Positions 41,380 through 51,789 of a DNA stretch of 64,000 bases are shown here, in pieces. A model generated the notes under the pieces. That model ran no database searches and was not told the DNA's origin. It was given only the letters and a program-made list of their open reading frames with translations. The stretch is from Pseudothermotoga sp. (GTDB lineage: Bacteria; Thermotogota; Thermotogae; Thermotogales; DSM-5069), in assembly GCA_031962025.1 (NCBI GenBank), contig JAVRKW010000002.1; one strand, written 5' to 3'. Every line of letters begins with the position of its first letter. Within the stretch, counting starts at the first letter, position 1. The translations under genes were made by a program, and so were the position numbers.

Positions 41380-41751
41380 ATGAAAAAGTACGCAAAAACC
41401 CATGAATGGGTTGTGGTTGATGGAAAGATCGCGACGGTAGGAATAACCAACTTTGCACAGGACAAACTCGGAGATGTGGTTTACGTTGATCTACCGCAGA
41501 TTGGAAAGGTTGTGAAAAAAGGAGATTCGTTCATGAGTATCGAGTCTGTAAAAGCGGCAAGTGATATCTACGCACCGGTTAGTGGCAAGATAATCGAAGT
41601 GAACGAAAAGCTCAATGACCAGCCAGAACTTGTGAATAAAGATCCTGAAGGTAAAGGATGGCTTGTCAAAATCGAAATGAGCGACGAAAAGGAACTCAAC
41701 CAACTTCTCGATGAGGAGGCTTACAAAAAGTTGTGCAAGGAGGAAGGATAA
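41380..41751 (+). CDS. gcvH: Glycine cleavage system H protein
   Basis: THEW, IESVKAASD lipoyl-Lys. Confidence 0.96.
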   Translation: MKKYAKTHEWVVVDGKIATVGITNFAQDKLGDVVYVDLPQIGKVVKKGDSFMSIESVKAASDIYAPVSGKIIEVNEKLNDQPELVNKDPEGKGWLVKIEMSDEKELNQLLDEEAYKKLCKEEG

Positions 41752-43082
41752 TGCATCCTTATATTCCTCATACAGATGAAGAGATTCAAAAGATGCTGCA
41801 CACGATTGGTGTGCAGCGTATTGATGATCTGTATAAAGATGTTCCGATAACTGTTAAAGAGTTGAATATCCCGGATGGTCTTGATGAATTCACTGTTGTT
41901 TCTTTGCTCAAATCCCTTGCTGATCAGAATAAGGTTATAGAGGAATCGAAAATTTTCATGGGTGCCGGTATATACGCACATTACATTCCTCAGGTGGTGA
42001 AGTCACTCGCTTCAAGACCGGAGTTTGTGACCGCGTACACACCTTACCAGGCAGAGGTTTCTCAGGGCACTCTTCAGGCTTTATTCGAGTATCAGACGAT
42101 GATCTGTGAGCTGACGGGTATGGAAGTTGCGAATTCTTCGATGTATGATGGAGCATCTGCTCTTGCAGAAGCCATTTTGATGGCTCACAGAATAAACGGC
42201 AGGCACAGGGTTTTGATAAGCAAAGCCGTTCATCCAGAATATTTTCAAACCAGTCTCACCTACGCATCTGCTCAAAAACTCGTTTTTGAGAAAATACCGC
42301 TTGACAATTCTGGCAGGACAAACGTAGATGCTCTGAAAAAACTGGTCAATGATGACACCTGTACTGTTGTAGTTCAGTATCCAAATTTCTTTGGAATAAT
42401 AGAAGATCTCAAACTGATCAAGGAGAACATAAAAGATGCTGTTTTTATTGTTGTAGCTGAGCCTTTTTCTCTGTCAGTACTCGAACCACCTTCGTCTTTT
42501 GGCGCGGATATCGTCGTTGGAGATGGACAACCTCTTGGTATCTGTATGAACTACGGAGGTCCAACGGTGGGTTTCTTGGCAACACTTGAAAAGCACGTTC
42601 GAAAAATGCCCGGTAGGTTGATAGGTGAAACAACAGATGTTGATGGCAACAAGGGTTATGTGATGATTCTTCAAACAAGAGAACAGCATATCAGAAGGGA
42701 AAAAGCCACATCTAATATCTGTACCAACCACGCTCTGATGGCTGTTACCAATGCCATATTCATGAGCATAATGGGTCCGGATGGTCTAAGGCAGGTGGCA
42801 CAGCAAAGTTATTCAAACGCACATTATTTCGCAGATAAGTTAAAACAAAAGGGCTTCAGGTTGTTGTTTGACGGTCCATTTTTCAACGAGTTTGCTGTCA
42901 GATTCACACAGGATTATGACTCAAGATGGAGAAAGATCTTTGAATATGGAATACTTGGACCGCTTCCGCTGGGCTGGTACTTTGAAGAATACAGCGACTG
43001 TGGTCTTGCCTGCGCAACAGAGGTTAATACAAGGCAGAGTATTGATAGCTTTGTGGAACTTTTGGGGCGTGATGAGTTATGA
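41751..43082 (+). CDS. gcvPA: Glycine dehydrogenase subunit 1
   Basis: [30 protein letters not shown]. Confidence 0.96.
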   Translation: MHPYIPHTDEEIQKMLHTIGVQRIDDLYKDVPITVKELNIPDGLDEFTVVSLLKSLADQNKVIEESKIFMGAGIYAHYIPQVVKSLASRPEFVTAYTPYQAEVSQGTLQALFEYQTMICELTGMEVANSSMYDGASALAEAILMAHRINGRHRVLISKAVHPEYFQTSLTYASAQKLVFEKIPLDNSGRTNVDALKKLVNDDTCTVVVQYPNFFGIIEDLKLIKENIKDAVFIVVAEPFSLSVLEPPSSFGADIVVGDGQPLGICMNYGGPTVGFLATLEKHVRKMPGRLIGETTDVDGNKGYVMILQTREQHIRREKATSNICTNHALMAVTNAIFMSIMGPDGLRQVAQQSYSNAHYFADKLKQKGFRLLFDGPFFNEFAVRFTQDYDSRWRKIFEYGILGPLPLGWYFEEYSDCGLACATEVNTRQSIDSFVELLGRDEL

Positions 43083-44518
43083 CGATATTTGAAAAATCAG
43101 TTGCTGGTAGAAAAGGATTCAGACTGCCGAAGTCGGATATCGAGAAAAGAGAGTACGATTTTGAAGATCATTTGATAAGGAAGAAATCTTTGAATTTGCC
43201 TGAGCTTTCTGAACCAGATGTGGTCAGACATTACACAGAACTGGCAGGCAAGAATTACTCAGTTGATAAAGGATTTTATCCACTCGGTTCGTGCACTATG
43301 AAGTACAATCCGAAGGTAAACGAATATGTGGCATCTGTCGATGGTTTTACGCAGATACACCCTTACCAGCCATGGGAATTCACACAGGGGTCACTCAGGT
43401 TGATGTTTGAACTCAAAAAACTGCTGTGTGAGATCACAGGGATGGATGAAATGACATTGCAGCCTGCCGCTGGTGCACATGGAGAACTTACAGGTATGTT
43501 GATTGCAAGGGCATATCATCTGGCTAAGAACGACACAAAAAGGCATATAGCACTTGTCCCTGATTCGGCACACGGGACAAATCCTGCTTCTGCTGCGATG
43601 GCTGGGTTTGATGTCGTAGAACTGAAATCAACTGAAGATGGTCTGGTCGATCTTGAAGAACTCAAAAACCATCTAAACGATGAAGTTGCTGTTTTGATGC
43701 TGACAAACCCAAATACGCTGGGATTGTTTGAAAAAGACATCTTGAAAATTGCGCAGATGGTTCATGACGCAGGTGCACTGCTGTACTATGATGGTGCAAA
43801 TCTCAACGCAATCATGGGAAGAGTAAGACCCGGTGACACAGGTTTTGATATAGTCCATCTCAATCTCCACAAAACTTTCTCCGCACCACATGGTATGGGT
43901 GGACCTGGAAGTGGACCTGTTGGTGTGAAAAAATTTCTTGAAGAATTCCTGCCAGTACCAGTTATTAGAAAGAAAGACGACACTTACTATCCAGACTTCG
44001 ACGTACCAAAGAGTATAGGAAGAGTGAGGAGTTTTTATGGTAACTTTTCTGTACTCGTGAAAGCATACACCTATATACTGATGATGGGAAAGGATGGACT
44101 TACTCATGCATCACAGATGGCTGTCTTGAACGCAAATTACCTGAGAACATTGATCTCAAAATTTTTGAAAATTGCTTCGCCGCGAACTTGCATGCATGAA
44201 TTTGTGGTTGACGGCAGTGAGTTTGCTAAGCAAACAGGGGTAAAGATCTTGGATGTCGCAAAAAGATTGCTCGATTACGGTATGCACGCTCCAACAGTTT
44301 ACTTTCCACTGATAGTTCACGAAGCCATGATGATAGAGCCAACCGAGACAGAAAGTAAAGATACTCTTGACAAATTCGCAGAAGTTTTGCAAACAATAGT
44401 TCAAGAAGCAAAGACAAATCCGCAAATTGTGAAAAACGCTCCCTGCAAAACCCCGGTAAAAAGGCTCGATGACGTCACAGCGACTAAAAAACCAGTTTAC
44501 AGATGGAAAATGGATTGA
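43079..44518 (+). CDS. gcvPB: Glycine dehydrogenase subunit 2
   Basis: [25 protein letters not shown]. Confidence 0.96.
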   Translation: MTIFEKSVAGRKGFRLPKSDIEKREYDFEDHLIRKKSLNLPELSEPDVVRHYTELAGKNYSVDKGFYPLGSCTMKYNPKVNEYVASVDGFTQIHPYQPWEFTQGSLRLMFELKKLLCEITGMDEMTLQPAAGAHGELTGMLIARAYHLAKNDTKRHIALVPDSAHGTNPASAAMAGFDVVELKSTEDGLVDLEELKNHLNDEVAVLMLTNPNTLGLFEKDILKIAQMVHDAGALLYYDGANLNAIMGRVRPGDTGFDIVHLNLHKTFSAPHGMGGPGSGPVGVKKFLEEFLPVPVIRKKDDTYYPDFDVPKSIGRVRSFYGNFSVLVKAYTYILMMGKDGLTHASQMAVLNANYLRTLISKFLKIASPRTCMHEFVVDGSEFAKQTGVKILDVAKRLLDYGMHAPTVYFPLIVHEAMMIEPTETESKDTLDKFAEVLQTIVQEAKTNPQIVKNAPCKTPVKRLDDVTATKKPVYRWKMD

Positions 44519-44524
44519 AAAAAT

Positions 44525-44550
44525 AAAAGGGGACTAAAGTCCCCTTTTTT
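44525..44550. terminator. Bidirectional intrinsic terminator
   Basis: AAAAGGGGACT-AA-AGTCCCCTTTTTT between convergent genes. Confidence 0.85.
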
Positions 44551-45916
44551 ATTCCTGTGGTGCAGAGATCCTATACAGTGGTGAGACAAAGTCTATCGTA
44601 CCGATAAGCTCGGGTTTTTCATCCACATCGAAGATGTACAGACCATCGTTTGCCGAAACATACGCATACAACCCATTTGTGTAAGCTCTTACCAAAACAT
44701 CTCTTGCATAACTTGTGCTTTGCCACTGATCAGATGTTGCTATCTCAGTTAGCTCTAAGTTGCCTGATAGGTCATTAAAATCAAAGCTCACAATTCCACC
44801 ATTTCCAGCCGCCACAAAGACTCTATCTTTGTAGACTGTTATACCAGCAAAACTCTCTGAAAGCTTTCCAAGTTCAGCACTTGTTGCATAAGGTGTCAAA
44901 TCATCGTATGCTTCAACGTAAACAGAATTAGAATTTTTTCCCACCAAGAGCACGTAGTTATCTTTCAAGATCATGTCTAATGGTTCGTAGTTCAGGTTGA
45001 TTTTACCCAAGACATTTAAGGTTCCATCTGTGCCAAGTTTCAGCTTGACAAAAGTGGGTTTGTTATTTTGAAAGCCAGCCAGATAGACTATGTTATCTGA
45101 ACCGATGGCTATTGCGTTCACCGAAGCCAACCCACCGTACACGGTACTTGTTTTTGAAGTGATGTTGTAGAAAAAGACTCTTTCATCGCTTGAAACTACA
45201 AGATAATTCGACTGGCTGAATGTACCAGCTTTGATTCTTTTTGCGTTTGACGGATAATTACCAAAAGACGAAATAGTTTCTGTCTGTGTTTCTTCGCCGG
45301 ATAAATATTTTGGAAGATTTAAACTTACTATTTTTCCTGATGAATCGACTATATAAGCCCATTCACCAAAAACAACGATCTCTTTTGTACTTGAAATTTG
45401 CTGATTAAATGATATTGGATAATGGACATCAAAAGGTCTTGTGATATCGTAAATCAAAAGTCCGTTCGAAGCACCTGCAATGTACAGATAATCCCATACG
45501 TTCACAGGTGTTATGGACAATGAAATAGAAAATTCGTACACGTCACTTGGTGTACTCTGGTTTTTAGTATCTTTTGCGACAACTTTCCACTGATAGCTCT
45601 TACCAGGTGTCAGGATCGTACTGTACTCAGTTTTCGAAAGTCCCTGGACGGTAGAAGAAAGTGGCTGTCCTTTTTCGGAAAGGTACAGATCATAGGTCAG
45701 AGCGTCTCCATCCGGATCTGAACAGCTCCATTTGAATGTGACATAAGCGAACTTTAAAATCTCATTGTTCTGGGGAGAGATCAGTGTTGGTTTGTCTGGA
45801 GCTCTGTTTGTCGGAGTTTGACCCCCACCACCGAACCAGTTACCTATTCCAGCACAGCCCTGGAGAAATATCGTCACTATCAGGAAAACCGCTGGCAAGA
45901 TATACCATTTTTTCAT
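44549..45916 (-). CDS. Lipoprotein with Fn3-like domain and LVIVD-like beta-propeller repeats
   Basis: Lipobox LQGC; W-x-x-SDPDGD...YQWKVVAKD; YLYIAG..GLLIYDI and YAYVS..DGLYIFDV repeats. Confidence 0.75.
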   Translation of the reverse strand: MKKWYILPAVFLIVTIFLQGCAGIGNWFGGGGQTPTNRAPDKPTLISPQNNEILKFAYVTFKWSCSDPDGDALTYDLYLSEKGQPLSSTVQGLSKTEYSTILTPGKSYQWKVVAKDTKNQSTPSDVYEFSISLSITPVNVWDYLYIAGASNGLLIYDITRPFDVHYPISFNQQISSTKEIVVFGEWAYIVDSSGKIVSLNLPKYLSGEETQTETISSFGNYPSNAKRIKAGTFSQSNYLVVSSDERVFFYNITSKTSTVYGGLASVNAIAIGSDNIVYLAGFQNNKPTFVKLKLGTDGTLNVLGKINLNYEPLDMILKDNYVLLVGKNSNSVYVEAYDDLTPYATSAELGKLSESFAGITVYKDRVFVAAGNGGIVSFDFNDLSGNLELTEIATSDQWQSTSYARDVLVRAYTNGLYAYVSANDGLYIFDVDEKPELIGTIDFVSPLYRISAPQE

Positions 45917-46000
45917 CTTTTAAACCCCCTTTTGGCACATTTTACCAATAGCTGATAAAATTGTACCACAGATGATCGTAATACAGAAAGGAGGATCTGA

Positions 46001-46663
46001 GTGAAAGCACTGTTAATGGATTATGATGGAACACTTGCACTGGTCGATGAAAGTGAATTTGCCCAGAAATATTTCCAGACACTCAAGAATTTTGTACGGC
46101 AGAACTATTCTTTGGATTTTTCAAGTAAAGATATCCTTGAGTGTGTTGAATACATAACCAGATTTGCAGATGGCAGGATCAACAATTACGAGAGATTTTT
46201 GGCTTGTTTCAAAAACAAATATGGTTCGTCTGAAAATTACAGGACTATTTTTGATGAGTTTTATCAGAGTGAAAGCTTTGACAGTCTCAAGGTTCTGGTA
46301 CGACCAAATCCGTGTGCCATGGAACTTTTGAAACATTTCAAACAGAACGGAAAAATACTGGTGCTTGCTACAAATCCCGTTTTTCCAAAAGTGGCTGTGA
46401 TAAAAAGAATCAACTGGATAGGTCTGAGTGAATCGGATTTTGATCTGATAACACACATGGAAAATTCCTACTTTTGTAAGCCGGATCCAAGGTATTTTTT
46501 GCAGATATGTTCTATAATCAAGGTAAAGCCGGATGATTGTCTCATGGTGGGAAATGACGACCTTTTCGACAAAAGTTCTGAAAAAGCCGGTATCAGGTAT
46601 CTGTCTGTTGAGCAAATTGAGAAGATGGGAGGTGAGCTGGATGAATCCAGTTTTGCTCAGTGA
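46001..46663 (+). CDS. HAD family hydrolase
   Basis: DYDGTL, ATNP, KPDP, MVGND. Confidence 0.88.
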   Translation: MKALLMDYDGTLALVDESEFAQKYFQTLKNFVRQNYSLDFSSKDILECVEYITRFADGRINNYERFLACFKNKYGSSENYRTIFDEFYQSESFDSLKVLVRPNPCAMELLKHFKQNGKILVLATNPVFPKVAVIKRINWIGLSESDFDLITHMENSYFCKPDPRYFLQICSIIKVKPDDCLMVGNDDLFDKSSEKAGIRYLSVEQIEKMGGELDESSFAQ

Positions 46664-47375
46664 GAAAAAGATTAACAGCAGCTTTGCGATCTTAGCTGTG
46701 GTTTTTTCAATCATCGCAGCCCTTGTAGGAGCAATAGGTGTCATCAGTGTTCTAAGGGGTATGCTTGAAGGCGTTTTCAACGGGGGTTTTGGTTATGGAC
46801 GCGGTTATGCCAGAATGTTTGGAGGCATTTTAACAACGCTGGTTTCTGGTCTTGTTGGTATACTTGCAGCCATCTTCACCCTGATAGTGCTGAACCAGTG
46901 GAGCTCCACGTTGAATGAGAACATCCAGAACACGAAGATTTTACTCAGCTATCTCAAACAAAAGGTTGAGCCTGACAAACAGATCAACCTGAGCGTTATT
47001 GAAGGACATCTTTCCACACTGAACCTGAACATCTGGGCTTACTGGGTTTATATGGTTTTTTACATCATATCTTTTCTTGTACCAATGGCTTCCTTCGTTT
47101 TTTCAATCCTGGCGATTGTTTTTCTGTCGATATACTTGCAGAGTGTTTTCACCGTTGCAAAGAGATTAGAAGAGATAAAAAATGCCATGTATCCGCTTTT
47201 GGGGATCTCTTCGCCCATGTTGAGTTATGTAAAGCACAGAAATGTCGGAATTTTCATCGTCTTGACGATCATAACCTTTGGTATCTACTGGTGGTATCTT
47301 TTGGTAAAACTCTCTGATGAGATCAACCAGTACATCGATGCAGACCAGAGACTCAGGCAGGTGATTAACCCCTGA
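46641..47375 (+). CDS. Membrane protein with DUF4234-like C-terminus
   Basis: LTIITFGIYWWY; several TMs; start after GGAGGTG. Confidence 0.7.
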   Translation: MNPVLLSEKKINSSFAILAVVFSIIAALVGAIGVISVLRGMLEGVFNGGFGYGRGYARMFGGILTTLVSGLVGILAAIFTLIVLNQWSSTLNENIQNTKILLSYLKQKVEPDKQINLSVIEGHLSTLNLNIWAYWVYMVFYIISFLVPMASFVFSILAIVFLSIYLQSVFTVAKRLEEIKNAMYPLLGISSPMLSYVKHRNVGIFIVLTIITFGIYWWYLLVKLSDEINQYIDADQRLRQVINP

Positions 47376-47935
47376 AAGTGATGATAGATGTTGATGATGT
47401 GCTCACCAATTTCAACAAAGCATTTCTCCAGTTGAGCCATGAGCTTTTTAAAACACCGGATGATGTTCAGATAACAGTATGGGATTTTCACAAATGCGTT
47501 CCCGGCTTGAGTTATGAAATGGAGCAGGTTGTGTGGGAAAAGATCAGAGAGACGGAGAATTTTTATGAAACTCTGCCCGTTTATGCTTCGCAGCAAGATC
47601 TGTCTTTGTTGAGAAAAATCATTCAAACGGGTAAACATGAGATCATTTTCATTACTTCCCGCTTTCCCACAAAAGGCAGGACCGTTGAAGAGCAAACGAT
47701 TCTGTGGATAGAAAAACACGTGGGTGTGACACCAAAGGTTTTCGTCACACCAAAAAAAGGACAGCTCTGCAAAGAACTTGGAATAGAACTTGCCTTGGAC
47801 GACGCTCCACACCATTTGCATGATTTGATAAGCCACGGCATTGAAGCAGTGGTAATGGACTGGTCTTATAACAGACATCTAACAGATCTTCCACGCGTTA
47901 AAACCCTTGGCGAATTCATAAAATTAATCGATTAG
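47372..47935 (+). CDS. 5'(3')-deoxyribonucleotidase-like HAD protein
   Basis: IDVDDVL, ITSR, LDDAP, WSYNR; start either CTG 47372 or GTG 47378. Confidence 0.75.
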   Translation: MKVMIDVDDVLTNFNKAFLQLSHELFKTPDDVQITVWDFHKCVPGLSYEMEQVVWEKIRETENFYETLPVYASQQDLSLLRKIIQTGKHEIIFITSRFPTKGRTVEEQTILWIEKHVGVTPKVFVTPKKGQLCKELGIELALDDAPHHLHDLISHGIEAVVMDWSYNRHLTDLPRVKTLGEFIKLID

Positions 47936-47973
47936 TCCAAACAAAAGCCATCAAAGATTTTTTCAGAAAGCTG

Positions 47974-48001
47974 TTGCATTTTTAGAAAAATGGATTATAC
48001 T
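47974..48001 (+). promoter_or_regulatory. Sigma-A type promoter for the small ORF
   Basis: TTGCAT-16 nt-TATACT. Confidence 0.65.
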
Positions 48002-48026
48002 CTTGAGTAAGATAGGGGGTGTGAAA

Positions 48027-48107
48027 ATGGCTTGTGCAAAGAACCCTGAACCAAAAAAACCTGAGGAAAAACCAAAGGAAACAAAAAAAGAAAAACCCAA
48101 GAAATAA
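48027..48107 (+). CDS. 26-aa small protein MACAKNPEPKKPEEKPKETKKEKPKK
   Basis: Own promoter, AGGGGGTG RBS 5 nt before ATG, terminator 1 nt after the stop. Confidence 0.7.
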   Translation: MACAKNPEPKKPEEKPKETKKEKPKK

Positions 48108-48108
48108 C

Positions 48109-48140
48109 AAAATCCCCCGGCAATATCCGGGGGATTTTTT
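48109..48140. terminator. Bidirectional intrinsic terminator
   Basis: AAAATCCCCCGG-CAATAT-CCGGGGGATTTTTT. Confidence 0.9.
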
Positions 48141-49402
48141 CATATTTCCGCAACCCACGCGAATTTTTTGAGAAACTCTTCAGTACTCATTTTTGCTGCA
48201 TTTGCCAGTTTTGTGAGCATATTGGTGTCCTGTAAATCCTTTTTTGTCAATCTTATCATGTAGCTACGTGCTACACGGTAGTGTTCGGAGTTGATATCCA
48301 CCATGCGCACCTTTGTCCTGCCTGTCGCTGGATCGATGAGTTCTTCGAATGGTAGCACCCTGATTCTTCCATTTTCAACACAGATCATGCCACCAGATAG
48401 ATGCTTTTCAAAATCTTTGAGAAGGAATCTAATAGCACCATATCCAAGGGTTCTTGTATAGTCGATATCAAACGGGATTGGTCTTGCACATCTCAACTCA
48501 TATCCAAGAGTGACATCTATTATGTTGATCTTCTCTCCTCTTTGTGCAAAGCGTTTTTGAATTTCACGCTTGAGTATGGTAGCTAAGGGAATCTCGCTCA
48601 ATCTTATATGTCCGTGCGGATCTCGTTCAACTGTGACACCCGGGATACTTGCCAGTTCCTGCGGGTCTATCATCTCTCCTATACCTTCGGCTATTATCGC
48701 AAGACCGTCATTTCTTCCAAGCACACGTCTTTTGAGTATTGTGGTTTCAAGTACATCGCAAACTTGTGCAAGAGTTATTTTTTCTTTTCTGAATTCCTCA
48801 CCAATCACAGTCAGAGCTGCACTTGCAGCCTTCCCTATGCCAAGTGCCAGATGTCCTGCTTTTCTACCCATTGCAACGACGAAATACCATCTGTTTGTTG
48901 TCCTTGAATCCTGCATCAAATTGTACACAAGTTCAGTGCCAAGGTGCCGGGCAGTTTCAAACCCAAATGTTGGCATACCACCGGGTAGAGGCAGATCGTT
49001 ATCGATTGTTTTTGGAACGTGTGCGACGCGAATCGTACCCTCACTTGCTTTCGATACTGCAGAGGCAGAAAATGCAGTATCATCTCCACCTATTGTCACT
49101 AAATAGTTGATCCTCAGTTCTTTGAGGCTCTTAAGGACATTTTGAAGGTCTTCGGTTTTCTTGGTGGGATTTGCCCTCGATGTTCTCAAAATCGATCCGC
49201 CTTCGATATGAATTCGTGAGACATCTGAAATGGTTAAATGACGGATCATATCGGTTCTACCATTCATGAGATGTTCAAAGCCGTCGTATATCCCTATCAC
49301 TTCTAAGCCGTTGTTGATTGCTTCAATTGTGACAGCATTTATGACGCTGTTGATACCGGGCGCCGGACCCCCACCAACAAGTATAGCTACTCTTTCAGCC
49401 AT
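48140..49402 (-). CDS. pfp: Pyrophosphate-dependent phosphofructokinase
   Basis: GGDDT and PKTIDND (PPi-type Asp/Lys), MGRKAG, LGYELRC. Confidence 0.93.
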   Translation of the reverse strand: MAERVAILVGGGPAPGINSVINAVTIEAINNGLEVIGIYDGFEHLMNGRTDMIRHLTISDVSRIHIEGGSILRTSRANPTKKTEDLQNVLKSLKELRINYLVTIGGDDTAFSASAVSKASEGTIRVAHVPKTIDNDLPLPGGMPTFGFETARHLGTELVYNLMQDSRTTNRWYFVVAMGRKAGHLALGIGKAASAALTVIGEEFRKEKITLAQVCDVLETTILKRRVLGRNDGLAIIAEGIGEMIDPQELASIPGVTVERDPHGHIRLSEIPLATILKREIQKRFAQRGEKINIIDVTLGYELRCARPIPFDIDYTRTLGYGAIRFLLKDFEKHLSGGMICVENGRIRVLPFEELIDPATGRTKVRMVDINSEHYRVARSYMIRLTKKDLQDTNMLTKLANAAKMSTEEFLKKFAWVAEI

Positions 49403-49632
49403 TTGCGTACACCCCTTCAAATGAGTTTATTCAACTGATTATAACCCATCTCTTGTTTCACAAAATCGATACATATCAAAACAGTTCCTTTTTGATCGAA
49501 TTTATTATCTGGATACTTTGATCATGATATTACATGTTAACAATTTCTTCAACAATTCTTATCTATATCTTCAGTCACAGGTCTTGAACAACAATAGTAT
49601 CATATTGCCAAAAGAAAGGAGATTTTTTGAAC

Positions 49633-49731
49633 ATGACAAAAAGTGTTTGTGGACAGATTTCTATAGAAGTTAAGAACGCTAAGAAGTGCAACCGCCCGGT
49701 GATCACGCAAGGCGGTGTGCATTTGTTGTAG
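49633..49731 (+). CDS. Putative leader peptide MTKSVCGQISIEVKNAKKCNRPVITQGGVHLL
   Basis: AAGGAG RBS (11-nt spacing); three AAG Lys codons within five codons just before the regulatory hairpins. Confidence 0.55.
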   Translation: MTKSVCGQISIEVKNAKKCNRPVITQGGVHLL

Positions 49732-49793
49732 CACACAGGCTCAAGGGAGAAAAGATCACCGGGCTACCAGAAAGGTAGCCCGGTTTTCTTTTT
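49684..49793 (+). promoter_or_regulatory. Transcription attenuator (protector, antiterminator, terminator) upstream of dapH
   Basis: Terminator ACCGGGCTACC-AGAAA-GGTAGCCCGGT-TTTCTTTTT; perfect 11-bp antiterminator GCCCGGTGATC/GATCACCGGGC; competing upstream stem 49684-49724. Confidence 0.8.
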
Positions 49794-49809
49794 AAAAGGA
49801 GGGATTTAA

Positions 49810-50559
49810 ATGGTCAAGGCTCAAATGACACAGGATCTTACAACCAGTGAAATTATCGAACTAATCAGCAAATCGAAAAAGAAAACTCCAGTGACTGCTT
49901 ACGTGAAAGGCGATTTTAAAAGAATTGATTTTGGCAATCTTCGTTTTTTTGGAACGCAAGATTTTGGAATAGTCGTCGGTGATTATGAAGAACTCACAAA
50001 ATTTGTCCAGCAAAACCACCACAAAATCCAGGATATGCACGTTGAAGTACATGCGAGAAACTCAGCCATTGCTCTGGCAGATTTAACAAAATACAACGCA
50101 CGGATAGAACCGGGGGCTGTTATTCGAGACCTGGTTCAGATTGGTGATGGAGCTGTCATCATGATGGGTGCGGTTATAAACATCGGTGCGGTAATTGGTG
50201 AAAAAACTATGATCGATATGAATGCCGTGGTGGGCGGGAGGGCGATCATTGGTAAAAACTGCCATATCGGTGCCGGTGCAGTAATAGCTGGTGTTATAGA
50301 ACCACCAAGCGCAAAACCCGTTGTTATCGAGGATGATGTGGTGATTGGTGCCAATGCAGTTGTTTTAGAAGGGGTAACGGTATCAAAAGGAGCGGTCGTA
50401 GCAGCAGGTGCAGTCGTTATAAATGATGTGGAACCATACACAGTTGTCGCGGGGATCCCGGCAAGGTTCATCAAAAAGGTTGACGAGAAAACCAGGGAAA
50501 AAACCAAGATTGTGGAGGCTTTGAGAAATTTACCGACAGAACGGGGGGTGTTCTTGTGA
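49810..50559 (+). CDS. dapH: 2,3,4,5-tetrahydropyridine-2,6-dicarboxylate N-acetyltransferase
   Basis: [22 protein letters not shown], hexapeptide repeats, GVIEPPSA. Confidence 0.93.
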   Translation: MVKAQMTQDLTTSEIIELISKSKKKTPVTAYVKGDFKRIDFGNLRFFGTQDFGIVVGDYEELTKFVQQNHHKIQDMHVEVHARNSAIALADLTKYNARIEPGAVIRDLVQIGDGAVIMMGAVINIGAVIGEKTMIDMNAVVGGRAIIGKNCHIGAGAVIAGVIEPPSAKPVVIEDDVVIGANAVVLEGVTVSKGAVVAAGAVVINDVEPYTVVAGIPARFIKKVDEKTREKTKIVEALRNLPTERGVFL

Positions 50560-51737
50560 ATCATTTATGTGGTGTTTACAAACCTTTTGACCTGCAGATT
50601 GATCATGCGCATGGGATTTACCTTTACACAAAAGACGGAAAGAGGTTCATCGACACGTTTTCGGGTATAGGAGTTCTGGCGTTTGGTCATTCTGACAGAG
50701 ATATTGAAAATGCGATGATCCAGAAAATGAAGCGATACACCCATATCTGTAATTTCTTTCTCGATGAAGACGCAGAAATTGTTGCAGCAAAACTCGTTCA
50801 GAGAACAAGAAGAAGGGGAAAAGTTTTCTTTTCAAACTCAGGAACAGAGGCAAATGAAGCGGCATTGAAAGCTGTTAAGAAATTTAAAAAGGGTACAATT
50901 GTGGCTTTTGATCAAAATTTTCACGGCAGAACTCTTGGCTCTCTCTCGATAACAGGATTTTCAAATCTCAGAGAACCATTCCTTCCACTTTTACCGGACA
51001 TAGCATTTTTGCCTCATAACGATCCAGATTCATTCAGAAAATTCGTGGAACAAAACCAGGTAGCAGGTGTTTTTGTTGAGTGTCTCCTTGGTACTGGAGG
51101 CTTGAGGTTGATTTCTAACAATATGGCAAAGACTATCATGGAACTGAAGGAAAAATCTGGTTTCCTGCTCGTTGTTGATGAAGTTCAATCTGGACTTGGC
51201 AGGACTGGTAGATTCTTCTGTTATGAACACTTTGAACTAAAGCCAGATATCATCACCCTTGCAAAGGCTCTTGGAGGCGGACTTCCGATTGGAGCAACCA
51301 TCTTCTTAGATGATCTGATGGATGTCTTTCAGTATTCAGAACACGGCTCAACCTTCGCACCAAATCCCATTGCTCTGGCAGGTGCAAATGTCGTGCTGAG
51401 TAAGATCAACGATTCACTGATTGCAGAGGTAAGACAAAAAGGTGAATATCTGAAGAATGAACTCAAATTCATAAATAACGGACTCATAAAAGATGTCAGA
51501 GGGCTTGGCTTGATGGTTGGTGTGGAAGTTAATGTTGATCCAGAAAAATTAAAACAGGTGGCTTTTAAAAATGGACTTTTGCTGAACACGGTCAGCCGAA
51601 ATGTTGTACGTTTCTTACCACCCTTGAACATCACTTATCAGGAAATAGATATGATAGTTCAGCTATTTGAAAACTCTATCAAGGAGGTCGACTTTGAACG
51701 AAATAGAACTGAGACATCTTTTGCATCAAAAACCTGA
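50556..51737 (+). CDS. Class III PLP aminotransferase (ArgD/DapC-like)
   Basis: [34 protein letters not shown]. Confidence 0.88.
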   Translation: MNHLCGVYKPFDLQIDHAHGIYLYTKDGKRFIDTFSGIGVLAFGHSDRDIENAMIQKMKRYTHICNFFLDEDAEIVAAKLVQRTRRRGKVFFSNSGTEANEAALKAVKKFKKGTIVAFDQNFHGRTLGSLSITGFSNLREPFLPLLPDIAFLPHNDPDSFRKFVEQNQVAGVFVECLLGTGGLRLISNNMAKTIMELKEKSGFLLVVDEVQSGLGRTGRFFCYEHFELKPDIITLAKALGGGLPIGATIFLDDLMDVFQYSEHGSTFAPNPIALAGANVVLSKINDSLIAEVRQKGEYLKNELKFINNGLIKDVRGLGLMVGVEVNVDPEKLKQVAFKNGLLLNTVSRNVVRFLPPLNITYQEIDMIVQLFENSIKEVDFERNRTETSFASKT

Positions 51738-51789
51738 ACTTGCTTTTCTGGAATATGAGACACAGAGAATCTTGATCGATTACAGTGAA

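Noticed and set aside
46121..46780. 219-aa minus-strand ORF
   Set aside because: Antisense to the well-supported HAD and membrane genes.
49620..49800. Lysine riboswitch or T-box upstream of dapH
   Set aside because: No L-box multi-helix motifs or T-box GGTGGxACC sequence seen by eye; an Infernal search is still needed.
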